A DNA stretch of 64,000 nucleotides from Mobula hypostoma. Its lineage: Eukaryota. The translations under genes were made by a program, and so were the position numbers. Below the pieces are notes generated by a model that searched no databases, was not told where the DNA came from, and saw only the letters and a list, made by a program, of their open reading frames with translations. Positions 22,255 through 35,345 of the stretch are shown here, piece after piece (positions within the stretch are counted from its first letter, which is position 1; each line of letters starts with the position of its first letter). The stretch lies in contig NC_086106.1 in assembly GCF_963921235.1 (NCBI RefSeq), forward strand, positions 26,040,001 through 26,104,000, in the 5' to 3' direction.

Positions 22255-23724
22255 ATCCTTTATGATTCAGCACAAACATTATTATCCTTCTAAACAACAC
22301 ATATCCAAACCGTTTGGTAGGCATTTTCCTCAGTAGGCAGCCTCCTGGGCCCTATATACGAAAAAAATGGATGTCGGTGTTAAAGGATGGAGCGGTAATC
22401 TGGAATAATCCAGCGGCCTGGGCTTTCTGTTTTTCCTGATAATAGTAACACTGTAACTGGATTTCTGGTTACTGTGGATTCCTTATGCACTTAGTCGCCA
22501 CATGACTCACCTACTCAGTAAAGAGAGTAGGGACTTCCTGCCCCGATGGTAATGGGAAAAGGAGAAGCTTCCGTTCTGGCGTGGTCTCCATAATATAGGA
22601 GAAAGGAACAAGCACTCCAAGAGGGATCTTTACAGAAGTAGTTGTCCATTGAGCAGAATGTTCAGCTGATCCGGTGTTTATCGGGCTAAGGAGGCTGTCT
22701 ACTGACAGAAGTGTCTCTCGAGCGGGTTGGATCTGTTTTGACGAAAGCATAAGCAATGTTGGCTCTAAGTCACATTGAACACTGAAGTAACTTATGAAGG
22801 TAACTGTCGAGAGGAGGGCTGAAAATGGAATAGCATGGCCCGGGTTGTCTCCATCTCTGTCCCAATGAACGGAGAATCAATTGAGGACGTTAGGATTGTG
22901 CGACAGGCACCCCTGTTGAGTGATAAGGGCGGGGGGGGGGGTGCAAGGGCGTTTCTCAGGAGACCCCAACGCAGACTCTCGAGGTCACAACTCAGCCCAT
23001 CAGGGAATACGACCTTCCCTCAGGAGACTCTACCTATAATTCTCGCTGCCTCTGTGCAGTAGTCAGCATAGTTACCCGTTCCGGCCGTTCCCTATTCTGT
23101 CTCTTTTTCATTAGCGAATGATACAAAGCCTGAAATCACGTATCACGAAGCTCACAGGAATCTGTTGAAACTAATGCATGGATCCTAATTACGATAAGAT
23201 ATAATTTTGATCTTATGACCCTTGTTATGAGCTTGCTCCTTTTCCTCAGCCTGGGTCAGCCCTTCCCTGTCTATTGCCCACCCGTCTCTCTCGCTCTACT
23301 TACTGCTCTTTCGACCACTGTTTCTCTCGCCATCTCATTTCTCTCTGTTTCATTGCTCTCTACGCCTCCCCATTTTATTCACTTACTTTCTCTCTCGTTT
23401 TTACTGCCTTCTTTTCCCTACCCACAATATCTTTCATCCTATCTATTCCCCTGCTTTTGCTCGTTTCCCCTCCAGTCGCTACTCATTCGCAAAACCTTAT
23501 CACGCATACGTATCTCTGTTCCACGTTAGAAACTGCAAATATGAGTTATTGGTGTGTTATCCCTCTACCCTGCAGCTTTAGAACCGGTGTACATAAAAGG
23601 GGTATTGTCGCCTGGGTCACGAAGTCGGGACAGTACACAATGTTGAGCTGGCGGTAAGGGGGAGTTGGAAGTGGCGAGAAAAACACCCCCCACACCCCAT
23701 GCGAGCGCGCACTGTACTCTGGGT

Positions 23725-23855
23725 GAGTCTGTGTTCGGATCCAAAGTCGACTTGGCCTGGATCAGAGAGGGCTGTACGGTACAAAGATACACAGCGGAAT
23801 CGGGTACAAAAGCCCCGGTTATATTTAGATGACACCAGTGGTCATTTTTGTCCAA
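23725..23855 (-). pseudogene. 3' fragment of a family-A V with decayed RSS
   Basis: ORF 23565-23855 contains DKNDHWCHLNITGAFVPDSAVYLCTVQP; heptamer lost; nonamer-like ACACAGACT-CACCC. Confidence 0.75.
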
Positions 23856-24004
23856 ACCACATCACATAATGACAGATGTATTTTGCGACTGAGTTTCGCC
23901 CTCTTAAGTCAACAACAACACGCTCGCAGATATTTGGTTGTGCCCCCTTCGGTTCTCCAGCAAAGGGCGGCCTCTAGGGCCCGCTCTCCTCGTCACCGCA
24001 GGGC

Positions 24005-24473
24005 AGATTTTATCCAGAGCCAACACCTCCTTACAACAGTTGTTCCCAATGGCACAGAGGTGCACAGCGAAGTCCGACACAAGAGCTCCAGAGATATTAA
24101 AATGAACCGTCTTGCTATCTCTCTGAGACGCAGCAGTAAACCTCACTAGAGATGCTGGGGACTGCTCCGTCGTTCCTGGGGAATATACCTTCAGCAAGTA
24201 TTTTGGAGATGCCCGCGATGCTGAATGCAGCAAAAATTATATATGCACCAACGCCTCTAATTACAGTTCAGTGTTATGGTCTGTCCTTCTTCAACCTTTA
24301 CTTCAGGAGACTGCTGGATCACAGAATCTTTCCCAGTCACTCCTGCAATAAAAGCACAGAATGCATGAGCACCTCGCGATGCACCGCTCACACGGAACAG
24401 ATGCAAGTCGTTGCCGCGTAGACTCACCGGACAGCGCAGAAAATATCATCATCAAAGAACAAAGGGAACACAT
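24005..24473 (-). pseudogene. Family-B V pseudogene with intact exon/intron structure
   Basis: Leader 24473-24428 (MCSLCSLMMIFSALS-G), 85-nt GT..AG intron, V exon from 24342: GVTGKDSVIQQSPEVKVEEGQTITLNCN* (TAG), frameshift, PKYLLKVYSPGT...VSDFAVHLCAIG; heptamer lacks CAC; nonamer ATAAAATCT. Confidence 0.88.
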
Positions 24474-24844
24474 GATGTCTGGCTTCAAGATCGATAAAAA
24501 GACAACTTAATTCTGAAAACTTAATACAGTTTACCGATATTCGAGAGTATATTGGAAAGTTCTCGACCTGCGAAAACTTGCAGCTTGTGTCAGACTGGGG
24601 GCGTTGCCCTGTCTATCGATTTATTGGCGGGAGCAATAGATCCGGTCACCAATCAGAATGAGATTTACTTCAGTTTGTGTGCTTGTCTCCATTTGTTTTT
24701 GTAGCCCATTCTCTCTCGATCTTCTCCCCCCGTTCTCTCTTCTGCTTGCACTCATCTACAAACATTACAAAGCACTCTACACTCCGCCATTCACTTTCTG
24801 TTCTACTACTCTCTCTCTCTCACCCCCTCTCTCTCTCTCTCACA

Positions 24845-24885
<41 letters not shown>

Positions 24886-24964
24886 CCCTGTCTCTCCCGC
24901 ACTTCTTCGCAGCTTCTCTACTCATTACCCACGTCCCCCACTCAAAGTCTCCCTCAGTTTTCAG

Positions 24965-26620
24965 TTTGGCGAAGTGCACAGACTCAGTAGCCCATCATCG
25001 CCCAAGGCGGCTGAGCAGGATCCAGGATAAAAGGGAGACAGTGCGTCGCGCAGCGGTCGTCGAAGCAGTGATAGTCGGAGTAGTGTGAGTCAGAGTAGCG
25101 GTGCTTTGGCTGATCGGAGCCTCGGTGAGGGCGGCCTAGGGGAGGAAAGGAGTTAAGATGCGTCCATACCTCGTTTTCCATCTAATTTAAGAATAGTGGT
25201 TATGACTGCAAGGCCGATCTTCTGCTCTGGTTGTCAGATTGGGATATCGGGAGACATCCATCTGCGCCAGCTGCATCGAGCTGCAGCCGTTAGTGACCGA
25301 GTTGAGGAAATCGAACTGCAGCTCGATGACTTCGGCTTGTTAGGGACAGTGAGGAGGTGATCGATAGGAGCTACAGGCAGTTGTCACACCCGGGCCAGAG
25401 GAGACAGATAAGTGGGTGACTGTCAGGAGGAAGAAGGGAGAGCGTCAGGTAATGGCGAGCATCCCTGCGGCTGTCCCCCTTAACAATAAGTTCTCCATTT
25501 TGAGTGCTGTTGGGGGGGGGCTGACCTGTCTGGTGGAAGCAACAATGGCCGTGCCTCTAGAACTGAGTCTAGCCTTGTGACTCAGAACGGCAGGGAATGA
25601 CAGAGGGTGGCATCAGTGATAGGGGACTCTAGTTAGGGGAGCAGAAAGGCTACTCTGTGCAAACGAAAATGAAACGCGGATGGTAGTTTGGATCCCAGGT
25701 GCCAGGGTTCATGCTGAAAGTGTCCACAATATCCTGAAAAGTGAGGGTGAGCAGCCAGAAGTCGTGATACATATTGGTACCAACGATATAGGTAGAAAAA
25801 TGGAGATGGTCCTGAAAAAATAAATATTACAGGGAGTCAGGAAGGAAGCTGCAAAGCAGGGTCACAAGGGTAGTAATCTCGGGATTGCTGACTGTGCCAC
25901 GCGACATGGAGTACGGGAATAGAATGACCTGGCTTATTAATGTGTGATTGAAGGATTGGACTGGGGTTAGTGATTCAGATTTCTGGATCATTGAGAACTC
26001 TTTAGACGCGGCTGTGACCTGTACAAAAAGGATGGGTTGTACTTGAATCCGAGGAGGATCAAAACCTGGCAGGGAGGTATGCTACTGCTACTGAGGAACG
26101 TAGTTTGTGAAGAAGGCTAGGCAGATGATAGAGCAAAGATGCACTCGTTTTTGATTTCAAACTCATCCTGATGGTTTGAGATGTGTCTATTTTAATGCAA
26201 GGAGTATCATAAACCAGGCGGATCAATACTTGGATCTGTCACGTTGTGGCCATTACAGAGACTGTGTCAGGAACAGGAATGGCCGCTGAGTGTGCCAGGC
26301 TTTAGATGTTTCAAAAAGGAGAAGGACGGAGGCTAAATAGCTGGGGAAGGACATTGCTGATCGGGGATAATGTCACCGCTGCAAGAAAGGAATTAAGTCA
26401 TGGAGGGATTATCAGTGTGGGTGGTAGTCGGAACAAGAAAGGGGGCAATAACTCAACTGGGTGTTTTATAGCCACCGTCCCTTTCCCCTTCCCAATATTA
26501 ACAGAGACATCGAGGGGTAGATACGGAAACATATGTTCTCAGGGAAAGGCAAGGCAGAAATGTGCCAAATATTCAGGGAAAAACTTTGCAGGCCGTAGGG
26601 GCTGTAATGTGCAGTAGATT
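24965..26620 (+). mobile_element. CR1 5' UTR, ORF1 and endonuclease remnant (paralog 30665-32750)
   Basis: Decayed SGNH-like ORF1 motifs (GDSLVRG, VVMHIGTNDIG) and the VYFNARSI endonuclease start. Confidence 0.8.
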
Positions 26621-27473
26621 TCTTTGTTTTATGTACTGTGCTCTGTGTCCTTTTCTATTTGGCCGAGATTGCTGTATCTTCGCTTCTTGCTCGACTGAAC
26701 TCATCGCTATCCTACCCTTTCTTATTGTGTCCTCTTCATCGCTTTTTCCTTCCTTCTTCCTTTTCCTTCACTTTCCTTCCCTCTGTCTCGTTCCTTCCCT
26801 TCCTCTTATTCTTCATTTCCATTTTTCTTTCTTTCCTATTCCGTTGTTCACTACTTTGCTTCTTCTCATTCCTCTCCACCGCTATTTCCTTCCGTTTCTC
26901 TTCTTCTTTCTTTCCACATTCTCCATTCCCCTTTCACTTACTTCCTCTGTACCCAATTCTCAATTTCACTTGCTCACGCTCTCCCCCCCGTTTCCGCAAT
27001 TCTGTCTCTCTGTCTCTCTCTCTCTCGCTCGTTCATCCCACTTATTACTCTCTCGACCACTAATTCTTTAGTGCTGTCACTTCTTCATTGCTCTCTGTGT
27101 CTCCATCTTTCATTTACTGACTCTTCATTTCTCACTGTTTGTCTCTCTCCCTCAGACGGCACTCCTGCCTTTAACATCACAGTCCCTATATAACAAAACG
27201 CTATCTACACATAATATGCATCTCTGGCCTTCCTTCCCTCCGCGTCCGAAAACGCCACTGGGGACAGAAAGAAAGAGGAAAGCCGTTGCTCGTTAGTGGC
27301 TGTGGTTCTCAGGGGTTGTCGGTGAGGGTGTTGAATCACTTGGCACTCGCCCTGCAGACCTCAGTAGCCTCAGTTCAAGGAGGGTGCATTTTTGTCTGGG
27401 TCCCAAGGACGGGCCTTATTAAGTGCGTAGGGCTCAGTGCGCCCTCTACGGCGAGCGTCCACTACACAGGGTG

Positions 27474-27512
27474 AGTTTTTGTCACGATCCGCCGTCAGCC
27501 TGGAACGCTGTG
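27474..27512 (-). other. 23-RSS of V2 with variant heptamer
   Basis: CACAGCG, 23 nt TTCCAGGCTGACGGCGGATCGTG, ACAAAAACT. Confidence 0.93.
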
Positions 27513-27944
27513 GGATCCACGGCGCAAATGTACAGGGCGGAATCCGGCATAACAGTCTCGGAGATACTTATATGAAACCGCTGGCCAGTTTTGTTGAGAG
27601 AACCTGAAACCCTCAAAGAAACGCCTTCACCCCGAACCGCGTTTCCAGTGCTGAGTATTGTCAACAATTGTTTCAGAGATTTTCCAGAATGTAGAGCGTA
27701 CCACAGATAGGCTCTGACCGTTCCCGAGTAGCTGCAGCTCAGCGACGCTGTCTGACCTTCCTCGATCATTAATTCCCTCCGATCCTGAGTCACGGAGATT
27801 GCCGCACTCGTACCTGTAACAAATCCCAGAGTGTGTGAGCGGCGCCGGATCGCACTGAACGTGTAATACCCGCGCTAACCGGTTAACCAGAGACTCACCA
27901 GGGAGAGCAGCCGTTAGAATCAGCAACCAATACATGGGAGACAT
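27513..27944 (-). CDS. TRAV: TCR alpha/delta V segment, family A, open reading frame (V2)
   Basis: Leader 27944-27899 has the same protein sequence as V1; intron 27898-27814 (85 nt); V exon 27813-27513 open ending DSALYICAVDP. FR2 reads WYALH instead of WYAQH. Confidence 0.88.
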
Positions 27945-29897
27945 GGTGTCTGCATTACAATCAATATAATTTATGAAACTGTGACTTGAGAGAAGGTAAT
28001 ACCTTCACGTCTGGACCAGTAGGGACTTAATGGGAGACAGGAGGCGTGTCTCTCGCGCCTCATTTGTCACTTACTCAAGATACAGGATTATGAAACCAAT
28101 CAGAACAGGCGTGTGTTAACAGACTCTCTCAGTTTCTCACTCTTGGTCCTTCTCGCCCGTCTTCATCTTGTCGTCTGAATCGTTCGCACATCCTCTCTCC
28201 TTCCCTTCTTTCTCTCCCTTAATCAATTTCTCAACTGTTTGCCGACTCTTCTTTCCTTTCTATTTTCTATTTTCCCCTCTCTTTTCCTTTCTCATTTGTT
28301 CGGAGACACTTCTACCCGTTTTCCTTTGAAGTAAGTGAGCATGTTGTATCGGTCTTCACTGTGGAAGACACCAGCATGTACTAGCTGTTAAAGGCTGCAG
28401 GGAAGAGAAGCGAATACAATTACAATTACAAAGGAAAAGCTGTTCAAAATGCCGAAAAATCTAAGGGTAATAATTCATCTAGACCGGTCGAACTGCACAC
28501 TAGGTTTCTGTGAGAGGTAGCGGTACAGATTGTGGAGGCATTAGTAAAGATCCTTCAGAAATCATTGGACTCTGGCATGGTGGCAGAGGACTTGAAAATT
28601 GCAAATGCCCTTCCACTCTTTAACGAAGGAGGAAGGCAGAAAAGAAATTATAGACCAGTTAGCTTGACCTCAGTGGCTGGAGTCAATTGTTCAGGATAAG
28701 TTTATGGAGGACTTGGTGATACAGGACAAGATAGGGCAAAGGTAGCATGGGCTCCTTAAGGGAAAATCTTGCCTGACGAACCTCATGGAATTTTCTGAGG
28801 AGATTACAAGAAGGATAAATTTAAAAAAAAACATGTAATGGATGTTGTACATTTGGATTTACAAGGGCCTTTGACAAGGTGCCACCCAGATGGCTGCTTA
28901 CCAAGATAAAAGCTCATGTTATTACTGGCATGGTTAGATCATTGCCTGATTGGTGGGTGCTGAGGCTTCAAAAGGCATTGGTGAGGTCTCACCTTGAGTA
29001 TTGTGAACAGGTTTGGGCTCATCATCTGAGAAAAATATCCTGCCATTGGAGGGAGTTCAGAGGAGGTTCACAAGTATTATCATACGAGGAACTTGGACAG
29101 TTCTAGGTCTGCACACACTGAAATTTAGAAGAATAAGGAGGGATCTCATTGAAACGTTCCAAATGTTGAAAGTCCGAGAGAATAGATATGGAAAGGATGT
29201 TTCCCATAATGGGTGATCCTCGGATGAGGGCATAGCCTCAGGAGAGAGGGCCGTCAATTTAAAACAGAGATGCAGAAAAATTTCTTTAACCAGACGGTGG
29301 TGAAATTGTAGAAATTGTTACCACCTGCACCTGTGGAGGTCAGGTCGTTGGGTGTACTTAAAGCAGAGCTTGATAGGTTCTTGTTTGTCCATGGCACCAA
29401 AGGTTACGAGGAGAAGGCCGGAGAGAGGGGCTGAGGAGGGAGGGAAATGGATCAGTCATGACTGAATGGCGGAGCAGACTCGATGACCCAAATGGCCTAA
29501 TTCTGCTCCTGTGTGTTATGGTCTTATGGTCTTATGGTATATTTCAAAATGAGCAGGTTTTAACAGAGTCTCTCACTTTTTCGCTCCTGACCATTCTCGC
29601 GCATCTCCTTCTCACCTGTTTTCTAACTCTTCTTCCCTTTCGCTCAATCCCTCTCTTAACCTTTCTCTTTATTTGTTCTCCCTCTTTATCCATTTTCTCC
29701 ACTCTCTCCTCTCCCTCCCCCTTCCCACTTCCTGAATGTCTCCATCCCTCTCGCTATCGACTTTCCGGCCTCTCTTTGCTCTGCCTTCCTTTGTCTCTTT
29801 ATCGCCTTTTCGTCTCTCTAATTTATTTTGATCTCTCTCGTTCTCTCTCTCTCTCTCCCGCTCTCTCTCCCTCCCCCCCCCCACTCCCCCCTCTCTC

Positions 29898-29961
<64 letters not shown>

Positions 29962-30533
29962 TCTGTCTCTCTGTCTCTCTTACTCTCTCTCCCACATGCA
30001 AGCACATAGGTTCCATAATAATGGCTACACACTGTGACTATGACTATCCCATCGATCAATTACGGGACGACGGATGTTAAAGAATAAAGAACGTATCTGG
30101 TCTGATCCAATAGCCAATCTTTCTCGGTGTTATTATGTTAGGTGTTTATAGGGCTGAGTGTTTATATACTGGGAAAAAAATGACGATTAAACAGTATGGT
30201 TCTGGATTGGAGATTAGGTGGATAAGTATTGTTGGACATACAGGATATTGAGAGGATTTTAGAAGATAACTGTCGAGTGGACACTTCGCTTGGTGAACGG
30301 AATCAAGACAAAGCAATCTCGATAGGTTTGTGACACTTTGACTTCAGAAGAAGGGCAATAATTCCAGTCGCCAATCAGAATGGGATTTGCTTCCGTATGT
30401 GTGCTTGTCTCCATTTGTCTTTGAAGCACATTCTCTCTCGATCTTCTCCTGCCGTTCTCCCTTCTACTTTTACTCATTTACAATCATTACCAAGCACTCT
30501 TCGCATCGCTCACTTTCTGTTCTACGTCTTATC

Positions 30534-30568
<35 letters not shown>

Positions 30569-33134
30569 CTCTCTGTCTCATTATCATCTCTCCCTGCCTC
30601 TCCGGCATTTCTTCACAGCCTCTGTACTCATTACCTATATCTCCCATTCAAAGTCTCCCTCCCTTTTCAGTTTGGCGAAGTGCACAGACTCAGTAGCCCA
30701 TCATCGCGCAAGGGGCTGAGCAGGATCAGGATAAAAGGGAGTCAGTGCGTCGCGGAGCGGTCGTCGAAGGAGTGACCGTCGGAGCAGTGTGAGTCAGAGT
30801 AGCGGTGCTTTGGCTGATCGGAGCCTCGGCGAGGGAGGCCGAGGCGAGGTAAGGCGATAAATTGCGTTCATATCGCGTTTTCCCTCCAACTTAAGAATAG
30901 CGGTAATAACTGCAAGGCCAGTTTTCTGCTCTGGTTGTCAGACCTGGGATATCCGGGAGGCTTCCAGCCTCGCTGGTGGCCACATCTGCGCCAGCTGCAT
31001 CGAGCTGCAGCTCGTTAGTGACCGATTTAAGGAAATTGAGCTGCAGCTCGATGACTTCGGCTTGTTAGGGACAGTGAGGGGGTGATGGTTAGGAGCTGCA
31101 GGTAGTTGTCATACCGGGGCCAGAGGAGACAGATAAGTGGATGATTGTCAGGAGAAGAAGGGCGAGCGTCAAGTAATAGGGAATATCACAGTGGCCGTCC
31201 CCCTTAACAATAAGTACTCCATTTTGATTGCTGTTGGGGAGCGACCTATCTGGGGGAAGCAACAATGGCCGTGCCTCTGGAACTGAGTCTAGCCTTGTGG
31301 CTCACAACGGTAGGGAATGGAAGAGGATGGCATCAGTCAATGAGGACTCTTTAGTTAGGGGAACAGACAGGCTATTCTGTGGGCGCGAAAAAGAAACGCG
31401 AATGGTAGTTTGGATCCCAGGTACCAGAGTTGATGCTGAACGTGTCCACAATATCCTGAAATGTGAGGATGAGAACCCAGAAGTCGTGATGCATATTGGT
31501 ACCAACGACATAGGTAGAAAAGTGGAGGAGGCCCTGAAGAAAAAGAGAATAACAGGGAGTAAGGATGTTGCGAAGCAGGGCCTCCAGGGTAGTAATCTCG
31601 GGATTGCGGTCTCTGCCACGCGAATTAGAAAATAGGAATAGAATGAGCTGGCGGATTAATGGGTGACTGAAGGATTGGAGCAGGGGACAGTGATTTAGAA
31701 TTCTGGTTCATTGGGAACTCTTTAGATGCGGCTGTGGCCTGTACAAAGAGGAGGGGCTGCACTTGAATCCGAGGGGGACCAATATCCTGCGGGGAAGTTT
31801 GCTAATGCTACTGGGGAAGGTTTAAACTAGATTTGCAACGGGTGGGAACCAAAGGGAAGCGGCAGAGGATGAGGCCATTGGCGCACTAGTAGTGACAGCT
31901 TGTAGGAAGCTTGTGCAGAAGGTTAGGGTGATGATAGAGCAAAGAAGCACTCATCCTGATGGTTTGAGATTTGTCTATTTTAATGCAAGGAGTATCATAA
32001 ACAAGGCGGATCAATACTTAGAACTATCACGTTGTGGCCAAAACAGAGACTGTGTCAGGGCAGGAATGGCTTCTGAGTGTGCCAAGCATTAGATGTTTGA
32101 AAAAGGAGAGGGGCGGAGGCAAGATAGCTGGGGCATGACATTGCTGATCGGGGATAGCGTCACCACTGCAGGAAGGAGAAAGTCATGGAGGGATTATCTA
32201 CTAAATCAGTGTGGGTGGAAGTCGGAACAAGAAAGGGGGGTAATAACTCAACTGGGTGTTTTATAGCCACCTCCCCCACCCACCACTTCACAATAGTAAC
32301 AGAGACATCGAGGGGCGGATAGGGCGGTGCAATAATAACAGGTTTGTTGTGATGGGAGATTTTAACTTTTCTAATATTGACTGGCATCTCCTTAGAGCAA
32401 GGTGTACAGATGGGGTGGAGTTTATCAGGTGTGTTCAGGGAGGTTTCCTGATGCAATATGTAGATAGGCTCTACTTGATCTGGTATTGGGAAATGAACTT
32501 GGCCAGGTGTCAGATCTCGTTAGGAGAGCAGTTTGGAGATAGTGATCACAGCACGATCTCGCGCTAAAGAGCGATAGGAGTAGTCAATTTGAGATAACGT
32601 AATTGGGTAGGGAGAAAATATGATGCTATTAGGCGGAAACTTTGGAAAATAAATTGGGCGCGTATGTTCTCAGGGAAAGGCGCGACAGAAATGTGACAAA
32701 TGTTCAGGGAACAACATTGCGGACGAATAGCCTGTAACGTGCTGTAGATTTGTTTGTTCTATGCCCTATGCTCTATTTTCTTTTCTACTTGCACGAGATT
32801 GCTGTATCTTCGCTTCTTACTCGACTAATCTCATCGCTATCCTACCCTTTCTTATTGTGTCCTCTTCATCGCTTTTTCCTTCCTTCTTTCTTTTCCCTCA
32901 CTTTCCTTCCTTCTGTCTCGTTCCTTCCCTTCCTCTTATTCTTCATTTCCATTTTTCTTTCCTTCCTATTCCGTTGCTCACTGCTTTACCTCTTCTCATT
33001 CCTCTCCACTGCTATTTCATTCCGTTTCTCTTCTTCTTTCTTTCAACATTCTCCATTCCCCTTTCACTTACTTCCTCTGTACCCCATTCTCATTTTCACT
33101 TGCTCACGCTCCTCCCCCCCCCCCCCGTCCCCGC

Positions 33135-33178
<44 letters not shown>

Positions 33179-33626
33179 CGCTCGCTCATCCCACTTATTA
33201 CTCTCTCGACCACTAATTCTTTAGTGCTGTCACTTCTTCATTGCTCTCTCTGTCTCCATCTTTCACTTACTCTTCATTTGTCATTGTTTGTCTCTCTCCC
33301 TTTCCCTCTGACATCACTCCTGCCTTCCACATCACACTCCCTATATATGAGAACGCAATCTACACATAATATACATCTCTCGCCTTCCTTCCCTCCGCGT
33401 CCGAAAATAAGGGACAGGCCTCTGCGGACAGAAAGAAGGAGGAACGTCGTTGCTCGTTAGTGGCTGTGGTTCTCAGGGGCTGTCGGTGAGGGTTTTGAAT
33501 CGCTTGACACTCGCCCTGCAGCCTTCAGTAGCCTCAGTCCAAGGAGAGTGCATTTTTGCCTGGGTCCCATAGACGGGCCTTGATAAGTGTTGTGGGTGGA
33601 GCTCAGGGCGGCCACGACACAGGGTG

Positions 33627-33665
33627 AGTTTTTGTCCTGATCCGCCGTCACCCTGGAACACTGTG
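33627..33665 (-). other. 23-RSS of V3
   Basis: CACAGTG, TTCCAGGGTGACGGCGGATCAGG (23 nt), ACAAAAACT. Confidence 0.97.
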
Positions 33666-34097
33666 GGCTGCACGGCGCAAAGATACAGGGCGGAATCCAG
33701 CATAACAGCCTCGGAGACAGTTATGTGAAACCGCTGGTTAGTTTTGTTCAGAAAACCTGAAATCCCGACCGGGCTGTCTTCAGACTGAACCGCATCGCCC
33801 GTGCTGAATATCGTCAACAATTTTTTCAGTGACTTTCCAGAATGTTGAGCGTACCACAGATAGGCTGTGCCGGTTTCCGAGTAGCTGCACCTCAGTGACA
33901 CTCTCTGTCCTTCCTTCGTCGTTAATTCCTTCGGATCCTGAATCACCGAATTTGCCCAACTCGTACCTGTAACAAATGCCGAAGTATGAGAGAGGCGCCG
34001 GGCCGCAGTGACCACGCAGAATACGCGCTAACTGGCCAGTCAGAGACTCACCATGCAGAGCGGTAATTAGTATCAGCAACCAACACAGGGGAGACAT
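33666..34097 (-). CDS. TRAV: TCR alpha/delta V segment, family A, apparently functional (V3)
   Basis: Leader 34097-34052 (MSPLCWLLILITALH-G), intron 34051-33967 (85 nt), V exon 33966-33666 open: SWANSVIQDPKELTTKEGQRVSLRCSYSETGTAYLWYAQH...DSALYLCAVQP; 63/99 aa identical to V1 by manual count. Confidence 0.92.
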
Positions 34098-34593
34098 GGT
34101 GTCCGCAATTAAGTCAGCAATCGGATTTCATGAAAACATGACTCGAGAGGAAGCAATAGCTTCACGTTAGGACGAGCAACACTCTGTGGGAGACAGGTGG
34201 CGCATCTCTCGCACCTGATTTGTCACTTACTCAAAATGAGGGGGATTCTAGATCCAATCAGAACGAGGATGTGTTAACAGAGTCTCTCAGTTTCTTACAG
34301 TAGGCTCTTCTCGCGCGACTGCTCCTTGCAGTCCGGCACTATCTCTCCTTCTCTTCTTTCACTCCCTTAATCACTCTATCTCACCTGTTTCCTGAGCCTT
34401 CTCAGCGTTCTCTTTTCCCATCTCTCCCTTTCTCTCTTTTTGTTCTCCCTCTCTTTTAGCTATTTTCCTTTTCCTGTTACTTTCTCTCCCTCTCTTGCTC
34501 TCTCTTTCCTTTTCTCCACTCCCTCATTGCCTCCTCCCCTCTTGCTTTCCCCTCTCTGCCTTCGCATTGCTCTTGGTCTCTCTCTCTCTTTCC

Positions 34594-34659
<66 letters not shown>

Positions 34660-34914
34660 TTCCATAACAATGGTTAACCAATGTTGAACTTGTAGAAGAG
34701 GTAGGTGACTAGATTTAATCTTCTGCGAGATGCCTGGAGACATTGCGATGGTTAGTCACATAGACCAATTTGGCGACATGTGCAGACGACCAACCCATAG
34801 AAGCGGATGTTAAAGAATGGAGAACGAAGGTGGAGTGATCAAATGGCCTGGTCTTTCTCCTCTAGCTAATGATGGTTACGTTGGAAGTCATACTGGTTAC
34901 TGTGGTTCACTGTT

Positions 34915-35345
34915 CAAGTGAACCCGACCTTTTCTCCTTGGAGCGGCAGAGGATGAGAGGTGACCTGATATAAGATGATGAGAGGCATTGATCGTGTGAA
35001 TAGTCAGAGGCCTTTCTCCCAGGGCCGTAATGCCTAACACGAGAGTTCACAGTTCTAAGGTGCTTGGAAGCAGATACAGCGGAGATGTCAGGGGTAGGTT
35101 TCTAACGCAGACAGTAGTCAGTGCATTGAATGGGCTGCCGGCAACGGTGGTGGAGGCAGATACTATAAGGTATTTTAAAAAAACTCCTGGATAGGTACTT
35201 GGAGCTTAGAAAGGGCTATGGGTAACCCTAGGTAATTTCTAAAGTAAGGACATGTTCAGCACAGCATTCGTGGGCCGAAGGGCCTGTATTGTGCTGTAGG
35301 TTTTCTAAGTTTATATGTTTCTAAGTGTCTGATCGCTATGTCTCT
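34915..35345 (+). mobile_element. CR1 3' fragment
   Basis: ERQRMRGDL motif and a GGGCCGAAGGGCCTGTATTGTGCTGTAGG..TTCTA tail. Confidence 0.8.

Larger units (their letters stand above)
24640..27950. repeat. Array duplication unit, paralogous to 30360-34300
   Basis: Same order in both copies: family-B promoter, CR1 5' remnant, CT tract, V 3' flank, V gene. Confidence 0.88.

Noticed and set aside
32750-33460. Long F/L/S-rich ORFs (also 11266-11783, 14446-14988, 26562-27071, 29458-30009, 48721-49332)
   Set aside because: They are stop-poor translations of polypyrimidine tracts and microsatellites, with no splice or domain evidence.
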